From Octopus vulgaris (taxonomy: Eukaryota): a stretch of DNA of 64,000 nt. Within the stretch, counting starts at the first letter, position 1. The number at the start of each line of letters is the position of its first letter. The notes under the pieces are model-generated. The model made no database searches. It was given only the letters and a program-made list of their open reading frames with translations, and was not told the DNA's origin. The position numbers were made by a program, and so were the translations under genes. Of the stretch, positions 1-13,748 are shown piece by piece. The stretch covers positions 77,810,001-77,874,000 of the forward strand of contig OX597816.1 in assembly GCA_951406725.2 (NCBI GenBank), given 5' to 3'.

Positions 1-482
1 TGAATAACAGATAACGGTGACATTAAGACTGAACGCTAGTTGTGCTCCTTGCAAATGTCGGTCTGGAAGATCCATAGACTGCATGAGATTACATGAACGT
101 TTCTGCCACTTCAACCCCGGCAGGTTTTCAAGAAGCTCAGAAATGAAAAGGATAATGAAGCGGGAGTTTACCGTAATTAGTATTCCATCTGCTCTGGAAC
201 CAGTCAGTTTGTTTCAGAAAATACAAACGCACACACACATATACGTGCGCGCGCATACGCACACACAAATGACATGTTGTTATGTCGTAGGATACTATTA
301 GCTCTATAAAGCTGCTTCACCAATAGATGAGATATCGACTTCTTCATTCGGAGACTGCGTATAGCAGCGCCATCAACACACAAGTGTTGCTCCTAAAATA
401 GTTAAAACGATTGAGGGATAGAAAGAAGACACGTAACTCTATTAAAGAATCTCATTAGCTATTGCGCAAAGCGATACTGTTA

Positions 483-800
483 GTGGAGGCACATGACCTA
501 ATGGTTAGAGCAGCGGCTCGCGATCGAGGGATGGCGGTTTCGAATCTCAGACCGGGCGATGTGTGTGTTTATGAGTGAAACATCTAATCTCCACACGGCT
601 CCGGCAGAAGATAATGGCGAACTTCTGCTGACTCTTTCGCCAAAGGTTTCTCTCACTCTTTCCTCCTGGATCTTGCAGCTCACCTGCGACGGACCGGCGT
701 CCCGTCCAGGTGGGGAACCTATACGCCAAGGAAACCGGGAAACCGGCCCTTATGAGCCAGGCATGGATCGAGAAGGAACAAACAAAAGTGATGCTGTTAG
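483..800 (+). mobile_element. tRNA-derived SINE (head A, tail X)
   Basis: 5' GTGGAGGC; A-box-like TGACCTAATGG and B-box GGTTTCGAATCTC; tail CCTGCGACGGACCGGCGTCCCGTCCAGG shared with 61694-62025. Confidence 0.8.
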
Positions 801-1439
801 CATTCTCTCTCGTGGACTTTGTCAATTATATGTTTGGGTGTGTGTGCGTGTGTGTACGTGTGTGTGTATGTGTGTGTGTGTTTATGTGTGTGTATGTGTG
901 TGTGTGTGTGTGTGTGTGTTTGCATGTGTTTGCATATGCTCATGTGTGCGCATGTGAGTGAGTATGGCGCAAGATACTAAAAAACATCTCACAAGCATTT
1001 GCATATATTTGTTGCACCAATAAAATTTATTGTAGATAGTTAATAAAAAACCAGTGTCTAACGAGCTATATTGTTTTATAGATAGAATAAGTACTTTATA
1101 GATAGAATAAGTACTTTATAGATAAGTACTTTTATAGATCTCTCGAAGAAATACAAATTAATGAAATAAAACTATATTCACATAGATCGGTGGTTCCTGA
1201 TTGTTTTTTTACCCTCAGCACGCAAGAATATACAAACACACTTGCATGCAAATATACACCCACACATATATGTACATACGTTCATACATACATACATGCA
1301 TACATACATACATACATACATACACACACACTATCTCTTTCTCTCTCCCTCACACATATACACACACACACACAAGTACACAAAGAACCAAACACACATA
1401 TGAAATTATTGAGTATGTATTCCTTACATAGAAATAAAC

Positions 1440-2195
1440 GAGGAATTTCAACCGTGTTTCATGGTCTGCTACCACAACAGCTTCTTTATAGGATCCAGTT
1501 AGCTCAAGACATCATCAGGAGGAACACTTCCGGTTTCAGCCCCTACTCCTCTACCGTTTTCACGTGGCGGCCCCCATACTTTCGGAGGTATATTCAGCTC
1601 TGGTGTTGGGTGCATGTCTTCTTTCTTCTTCTTTCTTCTATTCCCTGGCCTCTTCGATGTAGCATCAACGAGTGTCAGCGGGCGAACTCGCTGCGTCATT
1701 TGTTTTCGGCCACTTAATCTTTGTCCTCTTCACGCCTATCTCTCATTTTGACTGTTCCAATTCAACTGTGGAATGAACCTCGCTATGGTTATTTTCCAAG
1801 AGGTTCTGGCCACACGTCTTATGGTTTATCAACCCGCGTTGTAGAATTACTTTCTTCTGCCACACCTTCCCTCGGTGGAGTCTCAGCCCGATGTAACTAT
1901 CAAACACCTTTCCGCAGCAGCTGAACTCCCCATCTACCATTCCTTTGCCGCTTCCATTTTCATTGTCCATTTCCGGTCTAAGTCTATTTCGTTTTCCGTT
2001 CCTATTTGATCCTTTATTCTTCCCCCGTGGTCCGGGATCATGGGGGCATGATTTCCCATGCTTTTTCGTCGCAATTTTACCACGGATTGGGCTGCAAGCC
2101 CATTTGATCTTTCGTTACGCTGTCGTACTGTCAAGCGTCTCTCCGCTTTGTCATCCCTCTTTCTGGATTGTCAGCAAGTTTTTCCCAGCAGTCAA
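1440..2195 (-). mobile_element. Internally deleted Hero/R2-superfamily non-LTR retrotransposon derivative
   Basis: ORF 1743-1970 has zinc-finger-like FSCCGKVFDSYIGLRLH; read past the TGA in frame gives EIGVKRTKIKWPKTND; the sequence then jumps to a non-coding 3' part repeated at 3495-3706. Confidence 0.6.
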
Positions 2196-2197
2196 TA

Positions 2198-3489
2198 CGA
2201 GGGGCGTTCAATAAGTAATGCCCCTGACTCACTTCTCATAGCAGTAGAGCAACGAAACTTGGCACAGTTATTAGTCTTTTTCTACATAGGAACCACCCAG
2301 GATTACGCATTTCTCCCATCGTTTGATGCAGCTCTGGAGACCGTTTTTGTAGAGGACCCCACCTTGGTCCTCCAACCACGACGTGACTTCAGAAATCAAG
2401 GCTGTATCATCTGGGAAACGCTTTCCTTTCAAAAACAACCTCATGGCTGGGAAGAAGTGAAAATCAGAGAGTGCAAGGTCAGGAGAGTTGGGGGATGGGG
2501 GAGGAGTTCATAGCCGCACGCCTGTGCTTCTGATCTGGCAACACGTGAGTTGTGGAGCAGAGCGTTGTCCTGCAGGAGGAGGATGTCTTTGCTGATCTTG
2601 ACCCGCCTCTTGATTTTGATAGCTTCTCTTAATTTCCTCAAAAGTGAAGCATAATAGGCTCCTGTAATTGTGGAACCTTTTGCCAGGAAACCTGTCATCA
2701 CTATTCCGTCTTGGTCCCAGAAGACTGGGAGCATGACCTTACCAGCGGAGGGCTGCACCCTTGCCTTCTTTGGAGGAGGTGAGTCACGGTGCTTCCACTG
2801 CATTGACTGGGCTTTGGTCTCTAGATCATAGTGATGGACCCAGGTTTCATCCTGGGTAATCAGTCTTTTGAAAAATTTTGACTCATCTTCTTGGCACATC
2901 TCCAAATTCATCCTCGAGCACTCAACGCGTTCTTGCTTCTGGAAAGGTGTGAGCAACTTGGGAATCCATCTGGCAAACACCTTTTGCATATGCAAATGGT
3001 CATGAATGATAGTTTCCACAGACCCGGTACTAATCTTGACCTCATAGGCTATTTGGCGAATAGTTATGCGTCGATCTTCCAAAATGGCAGCCTCAACTTG
3101 ACGGACAGATGCCTCATCAATGGCAGAAAGGGGGCAACCAGATCTGGGAGCTGTTTCCACAGAGTTCCAACCATGTTTGAATTCACGATGCCAGCGTTTT
3201 ACAAGGCCATATGATGGGGCATCATTACCATAAGTTACTTTCATTTCATCAAAAGTCTCCCGTGGTGTGCGTTCTTTCAAATACAAAAACCGGATCACTG
3301 CTCGACACTCAACAGGCTCCATTTCACACTTGACTCAGTTCAAACACCTGTAAATCAGAAACCACAATTAGTTCAGAGCTGTAATTTGTCACTTAATCTA
3401 TAAAGATATAAATAATTGCACATGCAAAATTTCAGCTAGATCAAACAACTGCAAATGGGTCAGGGGCATTACTTATTGATCGTCCCTCG
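2198..3489 (-). mobile_element. Full-length mariner (DD34D) transposon, irritans/Himar1-like
   Basis: 31-bp TIRs CGAGGGGCGTTCAATAAGTAATGCCCCTGAC (2198-2228 / 3459-3489, 2 mismatches); TA on both sides; 1292 bp. Confidence 0.95.
2271..3322 (-). pseudogene. Mariner transposase with a 1-nt frameshift near 2490
   Basis: Motifs WIPKLL, ITQDETW, SAGKVMLPVFWD, LQDNA; after the shift the frame reads SPDLALSDFHFFPAM...WEKCVILGGSYVEKD and stops at 2271. Confidence 0.92.
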
Positions 3490-3494
3490 TATCT

Positions 3495-3706
3495 GAGGAA
3501 TTTCAACCGTGTTTCGTGGTCTGCTACCACAACAGCTTCTTTATAGGATCCAGTTAGCTCAAGATATCATCAAGAGGAACCACGTCCGGTTTCGGTCCCT
3601 ACTCCTCTACCGTTTTGACGAGGCGCCCCCCCCTCCTTTCGGAGGTGTCTTCAGCTCTGGTGTTGGGTGCATGCCTTCTTCTACTTTCTTCTGTTCCCTG
3701 GCCTCG
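3495..3706 (-). mobile_element. Second, truncated copy of the 3' part of the 1440-2195 element
   Basis: Direct, diverged repeat of ~1440-1650 starting GAGGAATTTCAACCGTGTTTC. Confidence 0.85.
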
Positions 3707-3719
3707 TCGGGAATTGTTC

Positions 3720-4500
3720 CAATGTCATTTGAACATTTAACACCTTACTACTTTCATACTACCTATGAGACTGGTAAGGGAACAACAAACAAGGTATATA
3801 AATTTGACACTCAGGAAAAATGGAAGCCTTTGAGCGTTTCAAGTCTAAGCTCTTCTGTATAAAGGAAGGAGAGAAAACATGTGACACAAAAATGAGCTAA
3901 CAGAAATATATCAGAATGGCCAGTGGCAGGAATTTGGGCAACAAAGATGTAGAAATGGTTACTAAACACTATAGGAAAATTAATTCTTGATTAAATGAAA
4001 TTTCCTTGTGGAAATTGTATCCGACTCCAATCTAGAAGAGACCATAATCTTAAGGAGTGTACATGTTTTTAATTAACATGCTGTTAAAAATAAGAGATCA
4101 GCTGTGTATTTGCCTTAAAGGGTGTCTTCAGCACAGTGTGGAAATGATGGAGGAAGTGACTCCTGGATCTATTTGATATTAGTCTGTATAGTTCATTTCG
4201 TTGCTGTCAGGTGGAGTTCCGTTAGCTAGGTGTAGAAATCGCGTCTAAAACAACTTCAGCCCTTGAAAGCAACAATCCAGAACTGCCTTCCTGCTTTAGA
4301 GAAGCAGAACGCCCTGAGTGGACATGGGGACAGATTTCGACAATTAAATGTTGGCTAATTAGATGGTGATTGTATGAAACTGTGTTTAGGTTGTAGTATT
4401 TGATATCAGAAATTAAATGAAAAGCTAGCCATAACATTTTGTAAATTGAAAACTTATAGTATTTGTTTGTGGGTAAGATGTGACGGGGAATTTCCTAATA
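3720..4500 (-). mobile_element. Highly degenerate Penelope-like fragment (tentative)
   Basis: Decayed hammerhead-like motif at 3827-3865; faint GIY-YIG C-terminal-like translation with many stops. Confidence 0.3.
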
Positions 4501-5267
4501 CTAATATAACACCAATTCCAAGCTATTCTCAAATACCGTGATCCCTTCAGTTCATATAACATTGAGGCTAGTTATGCAAATATGGATGATATAACTTCTG
4601 ATGTGACTTCTGGATCAGACACAACTACCCACGTGGGCCACACGCTCACCACCTCGTCAACCTGCCTGTTACTGTGGTAAGATGTCTGCCTATCCATTCA
4701 AGACTCTCAGAAGTCGAGCAGCCATAACACATCCGGCAGCATCGGGTCTAACAAAATATCAATATATTCGAATCAAGGAACAGGAAATACTTCCTCTGTC
4801 ACAATTCGACTTGAAAGACAAAAACCTGGGCCTGAAATGCTCCTAATAACATGAGATATTGTTAATAGGGTCAAACCTTACTTTAACAAGGTGCAGAGCG
4901 ATGGACTTCATCTATCCAAAAATTCAAGATAGTGCATCATATTTTAACTGGATGTCAGCAATTTTGTTGAAATATCACCATTGATAGAGTCTTCTCATGG
5001 AGCACTTCCAAATTTCCCAGAAGTATAAATACGACAGCTCATAGAAACTGGCTCCCAGAAACCGCGTTTATAATGATCAGAACTTTAAGGTTACAACTAT
5101 GAATTACAACTTTACAACCTTTTACAAAATGTAGTCCAGAGACGGTTGCCCTGCAGCCAGCAAAATTTCTAATCATGTACCCAGCTTTAAGCCATGAAAA
5201 CGGACCTGACATGTGCACTCGATATCTCACACCATTTTTCATAAATTCTTCCTTTTCGTACAGAAGT

Positions 5268-5343
<76 letters not shown>

Positions 5344-5358
5344 TGTGTGTGTGAGTGT

Positions 5359-5396
<38 letters not shown>

Positions 5397-5860
5397 ATAT
5401 GCGTGTGTGTAGGTGTGTGGGACCGTGTGAAACTGAGTAATGATGGAAAGAAATTCAGTGACTCTTTTCTAACAAACTTTATTTCAGGTATTGTATGCTA
5501 TTTTCCTTCATTTATACAGATTACATGTGTGTGTATGTATGCATGTGTGTGTGTGTGTGAATGTGTGTGTACATGCATGTGCGTGTATATATGTATACGT
5601 AAATATATATAGGTGCTTGTGTGTGTGAATGTCTATGTATCTATGCGCGCGCGTGTGTGTGTGTATGTCTGTATGTATGTATGGTGGTTTGGGACCCGAA
5701 TGAGCTATCATGTTCCTATATGTATGCATACACACACATATAAATATCGTGGCATCATACCAGTAAAGCAAAACTTTTAGCTTACACTGTATTATTTTCT
5801 TTTTTCTCTTTCTATAGCCATACATATACATATTTATATATGTATATATATTTATATATT

Positions 5861-5966
<106 letters not shown>

Positions 5967-6131
5967 TGTCTGTGTATGTATATGCATTGCAATGCACACC
6001 CATTTCTACATGATAATACACAAACACTGTACGTATATACGTATGTATGCATGAATGCTTGGGTACACACATATATATACATGTATTGATGCAACTTTTG
6101 TATACACACACATAAATGTATGTATGTATAT

Positions 6132-6178
<47 letters not shown>

Positions 6179-6606
6179 TACGTATATGTTCACCTGTCCA
6201 TTGTCGAGACCATTTGTGATGGCAACGTTGTATGTACACCACCAAGAATGTAATGAAATTTCACTATTTGCTGCCATGTTTGACAGGATGATGATGATTG
6301 TGATGATGACAAACTGCATTCCATTCAGACTTACTAAGAACAAAAAAAAAGAAAAAGAAAAATCAAAAAGAAAGAAAGAAAAAAGAAAGAAGGAAGTAAG
6401 TAAGGAAGGGTTTAAAGGAAGAAAGAAAAGCAAGCAAGAAAAGAAAGAAAGGATAAGGAAATATAATAATAAGGTAAAGATTCAAAGAACGAAAGTGAGG
6501 CCAGATTTTATACTCCTCTGCTGTGTAAACACCTCATGATATTTCATAGCTTTTTTTTACGTGATTCTCTATCAAAGTATCAATGTTGCATTTCTTTCTT
6601 TACATC

Positions 6607-6607
<1 letters not shown>

Positions 6608-6667
<60 letters not shown>

Positions 6668-6827
6668 ATTATCATCATCATCATCATCATCATCACCATC
6701 ATCACCACCACCACCACCACCACAACCACCACCACCACCATCACCATCACCATCATCATCATCGTCGTCGTCGTCGTCGTCGTCGTCGTTGTTGTTGTTG
6801 TTGTTGTTCTTCTTCTTCTTCTTCTTC

Positions 6828-6879
<52 letters not shown>

Positions 6880-6912
6880 TATTATTATCATTATTATTAC
6901 TATTACTACTAC

Positions 6913-7002
<90 letters not shown>
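6608..7002. repeat. Compound trinucleotide microsatellite
   Basis: (ATT)n(ATC)n(ACC)n(GTC)n(GTT)n(CTT)n(ATT)n(AAT)n(ATT)n. Confidence 0.97.
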
Positions 7003-7004
<2 letters not shown>

Positions 7005-7194
7005 GTAATATAAAATGAAAGAAACTATTTTCATTTTTTTTCTTCATCTCGATATTCTTCTTTTATTGCGTAGTCTTCACAACGGAACGGATTTCTGTTT
7101 ATGTACCTCGAGTTTATGGAGGGTTTGGTTTTGGATTTGCGTTTCTTTAATGTATTTTACTAATGTGTGCAATGCCTAATCGGGCTCCTTTCTG

Positions 7195-7570
<376 letters not shown>

Positions 7571-8589
7571 TGTGTCTTGCAACTTTGTTTCTGTATTTGC
7601 TTTTTTGTTTTTGCTGTCATTATTCACCATTCACAATGCACCTGTTATTACGGAGTGGTTCCTTCTGTTGTTTTCCAGCCTCAAATACCGCTTATTTATA
7701 TTTCCAGATATTTATATTTGGATAGCCTCTCCATTTATTTTAGAGATTATTACCGCATGTCGAGAGTGATGATTCGATCTCGAGAAACTAAACTTACTAA
7801 TGGTTTTTGGCAACAATATCCGGTCCAATTATCTTGATCTTATTTTCTGTGTGGATTGGCATGCTCCGAAATGATTACCCTCTCAATCTATCTGACCTTT
7901 TATAGTTGTTATTGTACTATCTCTTTTCTGTGAGTATGTTTCATTATACAATGCATAATAAAAAATGTCCAATTGTTTGGGTTTTTTTTTTAGCTCGATA
8001 TAAAAGCAAACATTCCCAAATACACACATACACACACATTCTTAAACAACGATTTGGAAGTTTCTAGAGCAACAAAGATCCAGCCTTTTGTTTCCGTTAA
8101 AAAATTATGTCTTAGCCATCTTCAGGATTCTTCATCAGCTACATCTGATGTTCGTTGGGTAAACTCTCCCCCGTATTTTAAGTTGAAATGCCTTATATTA
8201 ATATAATAAATCATTTTTGTTTAGATGATTCAACCAAGGTCAACTTCGATTTTCATCCTCCTGTAGTTCATAAAATAAGTATGAATCAAATTCTAGTGCC
8301 GATATAATCAATGATTATATATTAGAAATAATTAGAAGTGGCAGTGAAGTAAACAAAACTGTGGAGTATGTTTCCTTATATTTTGAATTCAAATCCGTTT
8401 GAATTCAACCTTGCATTTTATCCTGCCAGGATCAATAAAGAAACTATCTTGAGATAGACACATTCGTCAACACCTTCCTTTCATGATTTGATTTGTGTCA
8501 TTGTAGAATGTGACAGTAGAGTTTTATATTAATCTTGTACCATAAGTTTGTATATTCTCCTTGTAATTAATTATTTGAAATCTTCCTCT

Positions 8590-8888
8590 GAGCAAGATGC
8601 TGGTTTCTAACAAACATACAAAGTTCCGTCATTGGAATGTAGTTAAAAACAAATTCATATTTTAAACTCTAGAAAAATCTAGCATATTTTTATTGTTCCA
8701 ATCATAAATTGTATTTTGTAATGTGCGAGTTAGCTGATTGATTTCTTTTCTTCTCTTTTTTTTTTGAAAATGCCCAGCTTTTACTCACTAAGCCATGTGC
8801 ACCAATTATTGGTATAAATGTGAATTTATAATCAAGATGTAGAAGCTGCCAGTTTCGAAGCAATTGTCTGTAATTATCCTCTTTCACT
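8590..8888 (-). mobile_element. 3' fragment of a restriction-like-endonuclease non-LTR element
   Basis: Translates KVKEDNYRQLLRNWQLLHLDYKFTFIPIIGAHG; homologous to 55110-55632. Confidence 0.6.
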
Positions 8889-9353
8889 TTGTATGTATGT
8901 ATGTATGTATGTATGTATGTATGTATGTATGCATATATGTATGCATACACACACACGTATGTATGCATACACACACACGTATGTATGCATACACACACAC
9001 GTATGTATGCATACACACACACGTACACACACCTATGCCAAGGTATGTATGCATTTATATACATACACGTGTATGTGTGTGTGAGTGTGTGTGTTTGTGT
9101 TTGTGCGTGTGTATATGGTTAGAATGATTTATCATCCTGAGTTGAAACTCTGTGAATCAGTCAAGATTGTTTTCCATTAGATGCTACCAAAATATAGATC
9201 AGTCATACAATGGGGGTAGAGGAGCGATTTAACTAATTGTCCCTTGTAAAAGTTGATACATATTTGTCATGAATCTTTACTTACAAATATCAAAACATTC
9301 TTAGCCCTGCATGAGATAAAATAAATATGTTACTAATTTATTCGAGTTAATAA

Positions 9354-9570
9354 GGCGGCAAACTGGCAGAATCGTTAGCATGCCGGACAAAATGCTTAGC
9401 GGCATTTCATCTGTCATTATGCTCTGAGTTCAAATTTCGCTGAGATCGACTTGCTTTTCATCTCTTCAGGGATCGATAAAATAAGTACTAGCTGAACACA
9501 CTGGGTCGATGTAATCAACTTACCTCTTCCCTACCAAAGTTGCTGGCCTTGTGTCAAAATTCTAAACCAA
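9354..9570 (+). mobile_element. Dominant tRNA-derived SINE family (GGCGGCGAGCTGGCAGAA... type)
   Basis: GAGTTCAAAT B-box; central TTTCATC..GATAAAATAAGTAC domain; many copies in the window. Confidence 0.85.
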
Positions 9571-10212
9571 TTTATTCTAGTTAACTCAATTGATCTATGT
9601 ACCACATATATAGTGATGAGGTCTTGTGGAAATGAATGATATCGTAAAACAGATTGGTACTGTTCTTCACTGTACTTCGGTAAGGTATTGAAACCATAAC
9701 TAGTCGAGATACAGTCTAAGTTGCCGCACGCGTTTTCAACCAAAATTTTCAATTTTCACCACATTTCACACTCTACATTCCACGCGCTGCTCTCTACAAA
9801 ACACGTTACAATTACACAAATAACACCTTGCTGAATGTTGTTGGTTCACGTACTTACGTGCATCAAAGGGCAATTATTAAACGCATCGCAGCACATTACA
9901 GAAAGCTTAACCTAATGAGATTTGCACAGATTAAAAATCAATTCTTTCTGTTAGCTTCTTGGAATCCTACGCTGAAAAAAAAAAAGAAAAAAAAACAATT
10001 TTCAAATATTGGTGACTGGTCTTTGATAATTTCTGCGACAGTATTCACTCGCGGCGAATCCCGATCGAATGGAATATTCAGTTACAGACGTAGATACTTC
10101 CAAGTCGCAGTGGGGAAAAAAGGCAAATGAAATTTAATAAGAATCTCAAGAAACATAGTAACATTACGTGCAAGATGCAATAACCTTATCACTACACACA
10201 CACACACACACA

Positions 10213-10249
<37 letters not shown>

Positions 10250-10639
10250 TCTCTTTCCACTCATGCATACGTAAGCATGTGTGTGTATGTTATGTATGCA
10301 TGCACACATGGGCACACAAATACATACATATGTGTATGTGTGTGTGTGTGTGTGTGTGTAACTATTTGGACTTCGGGTATATATCTGTTAGCATGTCGAT
10401 TAAAGCACATTCAGCGTTTGGGCTAGCTGATGTCATACACAGTAACGATATAATTTTCACTGGATTATTTCAGGAAACCCTCAGTGCTTGTTGAGTTAGT
10501 AGTTGATAAAAGAAACTGAAGATGGATTTAGTACTAATCTTTGTTCAGCACGACGATCGTTTCGACACATCCTGCATCTATCCCATAGGATATTGTGCAT
10601 CAAGTGGCGTTGCATCTATCAGTGCAGGCTGTGTCACTT

Positions 10640-11310
10640 CAGACGTAGCAATTTTTCCCACGCTGACGGTTGACAACTCGGCGAACAGGAAGATCTCGAG
10701 GGGCACGTCTAAAAGACCGCCTGGTCCAAAAGTTGTACCCACATTCATCAATGAATACGCAATGGCCGACAACTCCCTCTTCCATGAACCAATGCAATAC
10801 TTATAACGCTTTTCCCGCATTCTTAGGGCATTTCTTGCATCTGGGACATCTTCGGCCAACTTCATAGTTATCAACATTCCATCTAGATCCCGTGAGATTG
10901 CAGACACGGAAATAGCGGCTTTCCGGACAATGCTCCCTCTAAATCTCTAGTCAACTCTTGAAAGGTTGCGAGTGGGTTGGCATCAATAATCACTTGAAAC
11001 CTGGCTTGTATTTCCTCATCAACCTTAACGTGGTGGGCAGCTCTTCTGGGCAACTTGTGGCGCCCCTCAGACCGTAGGTAGGTCGCTACTATGGATCAGG
11101 CACTACTCCTTTTAATGCCAAATGTATTTGCCAGTTGCAGGTAATCGGTTTGATGCCCTTCGAAGGCATCAACCATCCTTGCCGTATCTTCATTCGATAT
11201 ACGCATGCACCTTATTTGTAGTTCCATCATTACAAGTTGATGTAAGAGAAAGGGATATAATATGCAACTGATACCGACCGGTTACGAATGTTGCAATAAA
11301 AATGACTTCG
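10640..11310 (-). mobile_element. Degenerate IS630/ISRm11-like Tc1-mariner transposase (N-terminal half)
   Basis: Stitched translation RISNEDTARMVDAFE..DYLQLANTFGIKRSSA*..VKVDEE..LDGMLITMKLA..WFMEEGVVGHCVFIDECGYNFWTRR contains the first catalytic Asp. Confidence 0.75.
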
Positions 11311-11311
11311 A

Positions 11312-12680
11312 TTTTTTATTGCCCACAAGGGGCCAACACAGAGGGGACAACACAACCTGATTTTTGGGGTCAGGCGAGACTAATGATAAAACACTGAGAT
11401 GCTTTAAAAAATTTACAAAATTATAAAATCGAATGATGGATGAACAAAAAGACAAAACAAATGAGGTGGTGAAAAGGGTTTTTACGCCGACCCAATGAGC
11501 CCCGTTCCACCACCGATTCTCGTAATAAGGCCCATGGCATATTCACGTGGTTTCTTTCACACTCAACACTCGTGCCACACCCATCCGTCTGTCCTTGAGC
11601 ATTTTCTCCGACAGGCATCTCCTCTGTAGCCCCACTTTCCTTTTCAGGTGAAAAGCGAAATATCTCACCAGCCCATGACCAGAGATGAAATTACCTGTTA
11701 CCTCTTCTACTCGCATTTTGGGCATGCCGATGAGCCGGGTTGACCGTGTCTAGTAAGTTTATCCCGGGTTCCTCGGTAACATTGCCAAGCCAGAGACTTT
11801 TGGAAATTATCCAGTGTCTTCGGCCCGAATGTCCGTTGGAAACGACTGTCCAGTTGATTACAATCGAGACCTAGGGTCTCCCCTTTGGTATCGTCACATC
11901 CATACCAACCTGCTATAAAAAGATGCGGTTGTACCAAAACCGCTGGCACTACCCGAGCGACGGAAAAGTAGGAGAGCCTTACGACACTCCGTGTACCAAG
12001 TGCCCAACTTTGATCTTCGATGAAACCAGTTTTCCCATCCACCAAAACTAGTGAACCTGGGAAACATCCGTTTCGCTAACGGAGACCACACCCGTTCACC
12101 ATCCAGGATGCCTCAACCTCAGTGCATGTTTGCACATCAGCAGCCAAGGCATCCCTAGTCCACCCTTTAACGGTTTTTGACAGCAGATAAAACGTCTCAC
12201 AAGTCTTGACTATGTGGGTCACCTTGCTCGATACCTCAGCCCAATTCTTTTCTTCCTGGAGATCTGGACCAAACCAGACCCCTAACAGTTTAACCGAGTC
12301 CTCCGTTCAATGTCCCACGACGCTGTCCGAAGGCATCGACTTGCCTCTCCAGGTGCCGAGCTGCAAGCTGATCGATTTTTCCCGATTAATGTTTGATCCT
12401 GCGACCGTCTCGTAAACCTTAATGGTTTCACCTACCCTCTGTATGTGTTTTATCTCAGTCACGATGATGGTGATGTCATTCGCGTACTCCGAAACCGATC
12501 CTCCACAAACTGACTCCCTCGGGATGCCACTCTACTTTCGCAGTAACAGCTCAAGAGCCATCGCACACAAAAGTGGCGAGAGCGGACATCCTTGGCGAAC
12601 CGAGCGTTTCATGCATAACGGCTTTGAAAGAAAACCGTTCACCCGAACAATCGAGTCGATGTTATCATACAATTGAATGA
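11312..12680 (-). mobile_element. Tx1/L1-clade LINE, degenerate RT plus 3' end
   Basis: VRVNGFLSKP..RSVRQGCPLSPLLCAMALELLLRK..YANDIT..NINREKS; 3' end ...CCCCTTGTGGGCAATAAAAAA. Confidence 0.8.
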
Positions 12681-12690
12681 TCCACCTAAG

Positions 12691-12872
12691 GAGGAAAGAG
12701 TGAAAGTTGTGGCGAAAGAGTACAGCAGGGATCGCCACCACCCTCTACCGGAGCCTCGTGGAGCTTTAGGTGTTTTTTCGCTCAATAAACACTCAATAAA
12801 CACTCACTGGGAATCGAAACCGCGATCCTACGACCGCGAGTCCGCCGCCCTAACCACTGGACCATTGCGCCT

Positions 12873-12876
<4 letters not shown>
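12691..12876 (-). mobile_element. tRNA-derived SINE, head A fragment
   Basis: GTGGAGGCGCAATGGTCCAGTGG..GGTTTCGATTCCC; matches 44770-44953. Confidence 0.85.
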
Positions 12877-12950
<74 letters not shown>

Positions 12951-13222
12951 CAACCACATAGCTATTATGACACATATTTACGTACGTACATATACATGTA
13001 CACACAGCCTCACACACACTGCCTAATGCTTTCTATGAAGCACATACACACTACAACAGACACATACACACATATTCATATCATCCTTTGTGACACCACC
13101 TCATAGATCGACAGTACCCCAGGCTGATAACATTTTATATTTCCTGCCTTGCTTTTTTTCCAATTTCTTTCTCTATCTCTTCATAATATGAGTGAGGGTA
13201 TGTATGTGTATATGAATGTATA

Positions 13223-13281
<59 letters not shown>

Positions 13282-13442
13282 CCCACGCATTTTCGTCTAG
13301 AAGCACTGACAAAGACAATTTTTCTTTCATTCAAGTGTTAAAGTGAAAACTTCTTCATCGAACTATGTTCGTGTTGTTTTGGAATTTTGACGGTTCTGCC
13401 ATCTTTCACTTTACATCGTACGAACATACATACATCGTACGA

Positions 13443-13532
<90 letters not shown>

Positions 13533-13608
13533 ATGAAAACAATTTGATTCAAATTAGTTCGTACTCTTGAGTTTCAAGCGTGATGCTAATCGTCAGCCAT
13601 TTTGAATT

Positions 13609-13674
<66 letters not shown>

Positions 13675-13698
13675 TATATATATACAAGCGTAAGTATG

Positions 13699-13748
<50 letters not shown>

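Noticed and set aside
1500-1560. Hammerhead from GAAAC..CTGATGA on the minus strand
   Set aside because: Order and spacing leave no room for helix I, and helix II does not pair
3827-3865. Functional hammerhead
   Set aside because: Helix I is present but the CUGANGA core and helix II are decayed
10522-10806. Plus-strand 94-aa ORF as a host exon
   Set aside because: Mostly antisense to a degenerate transposase
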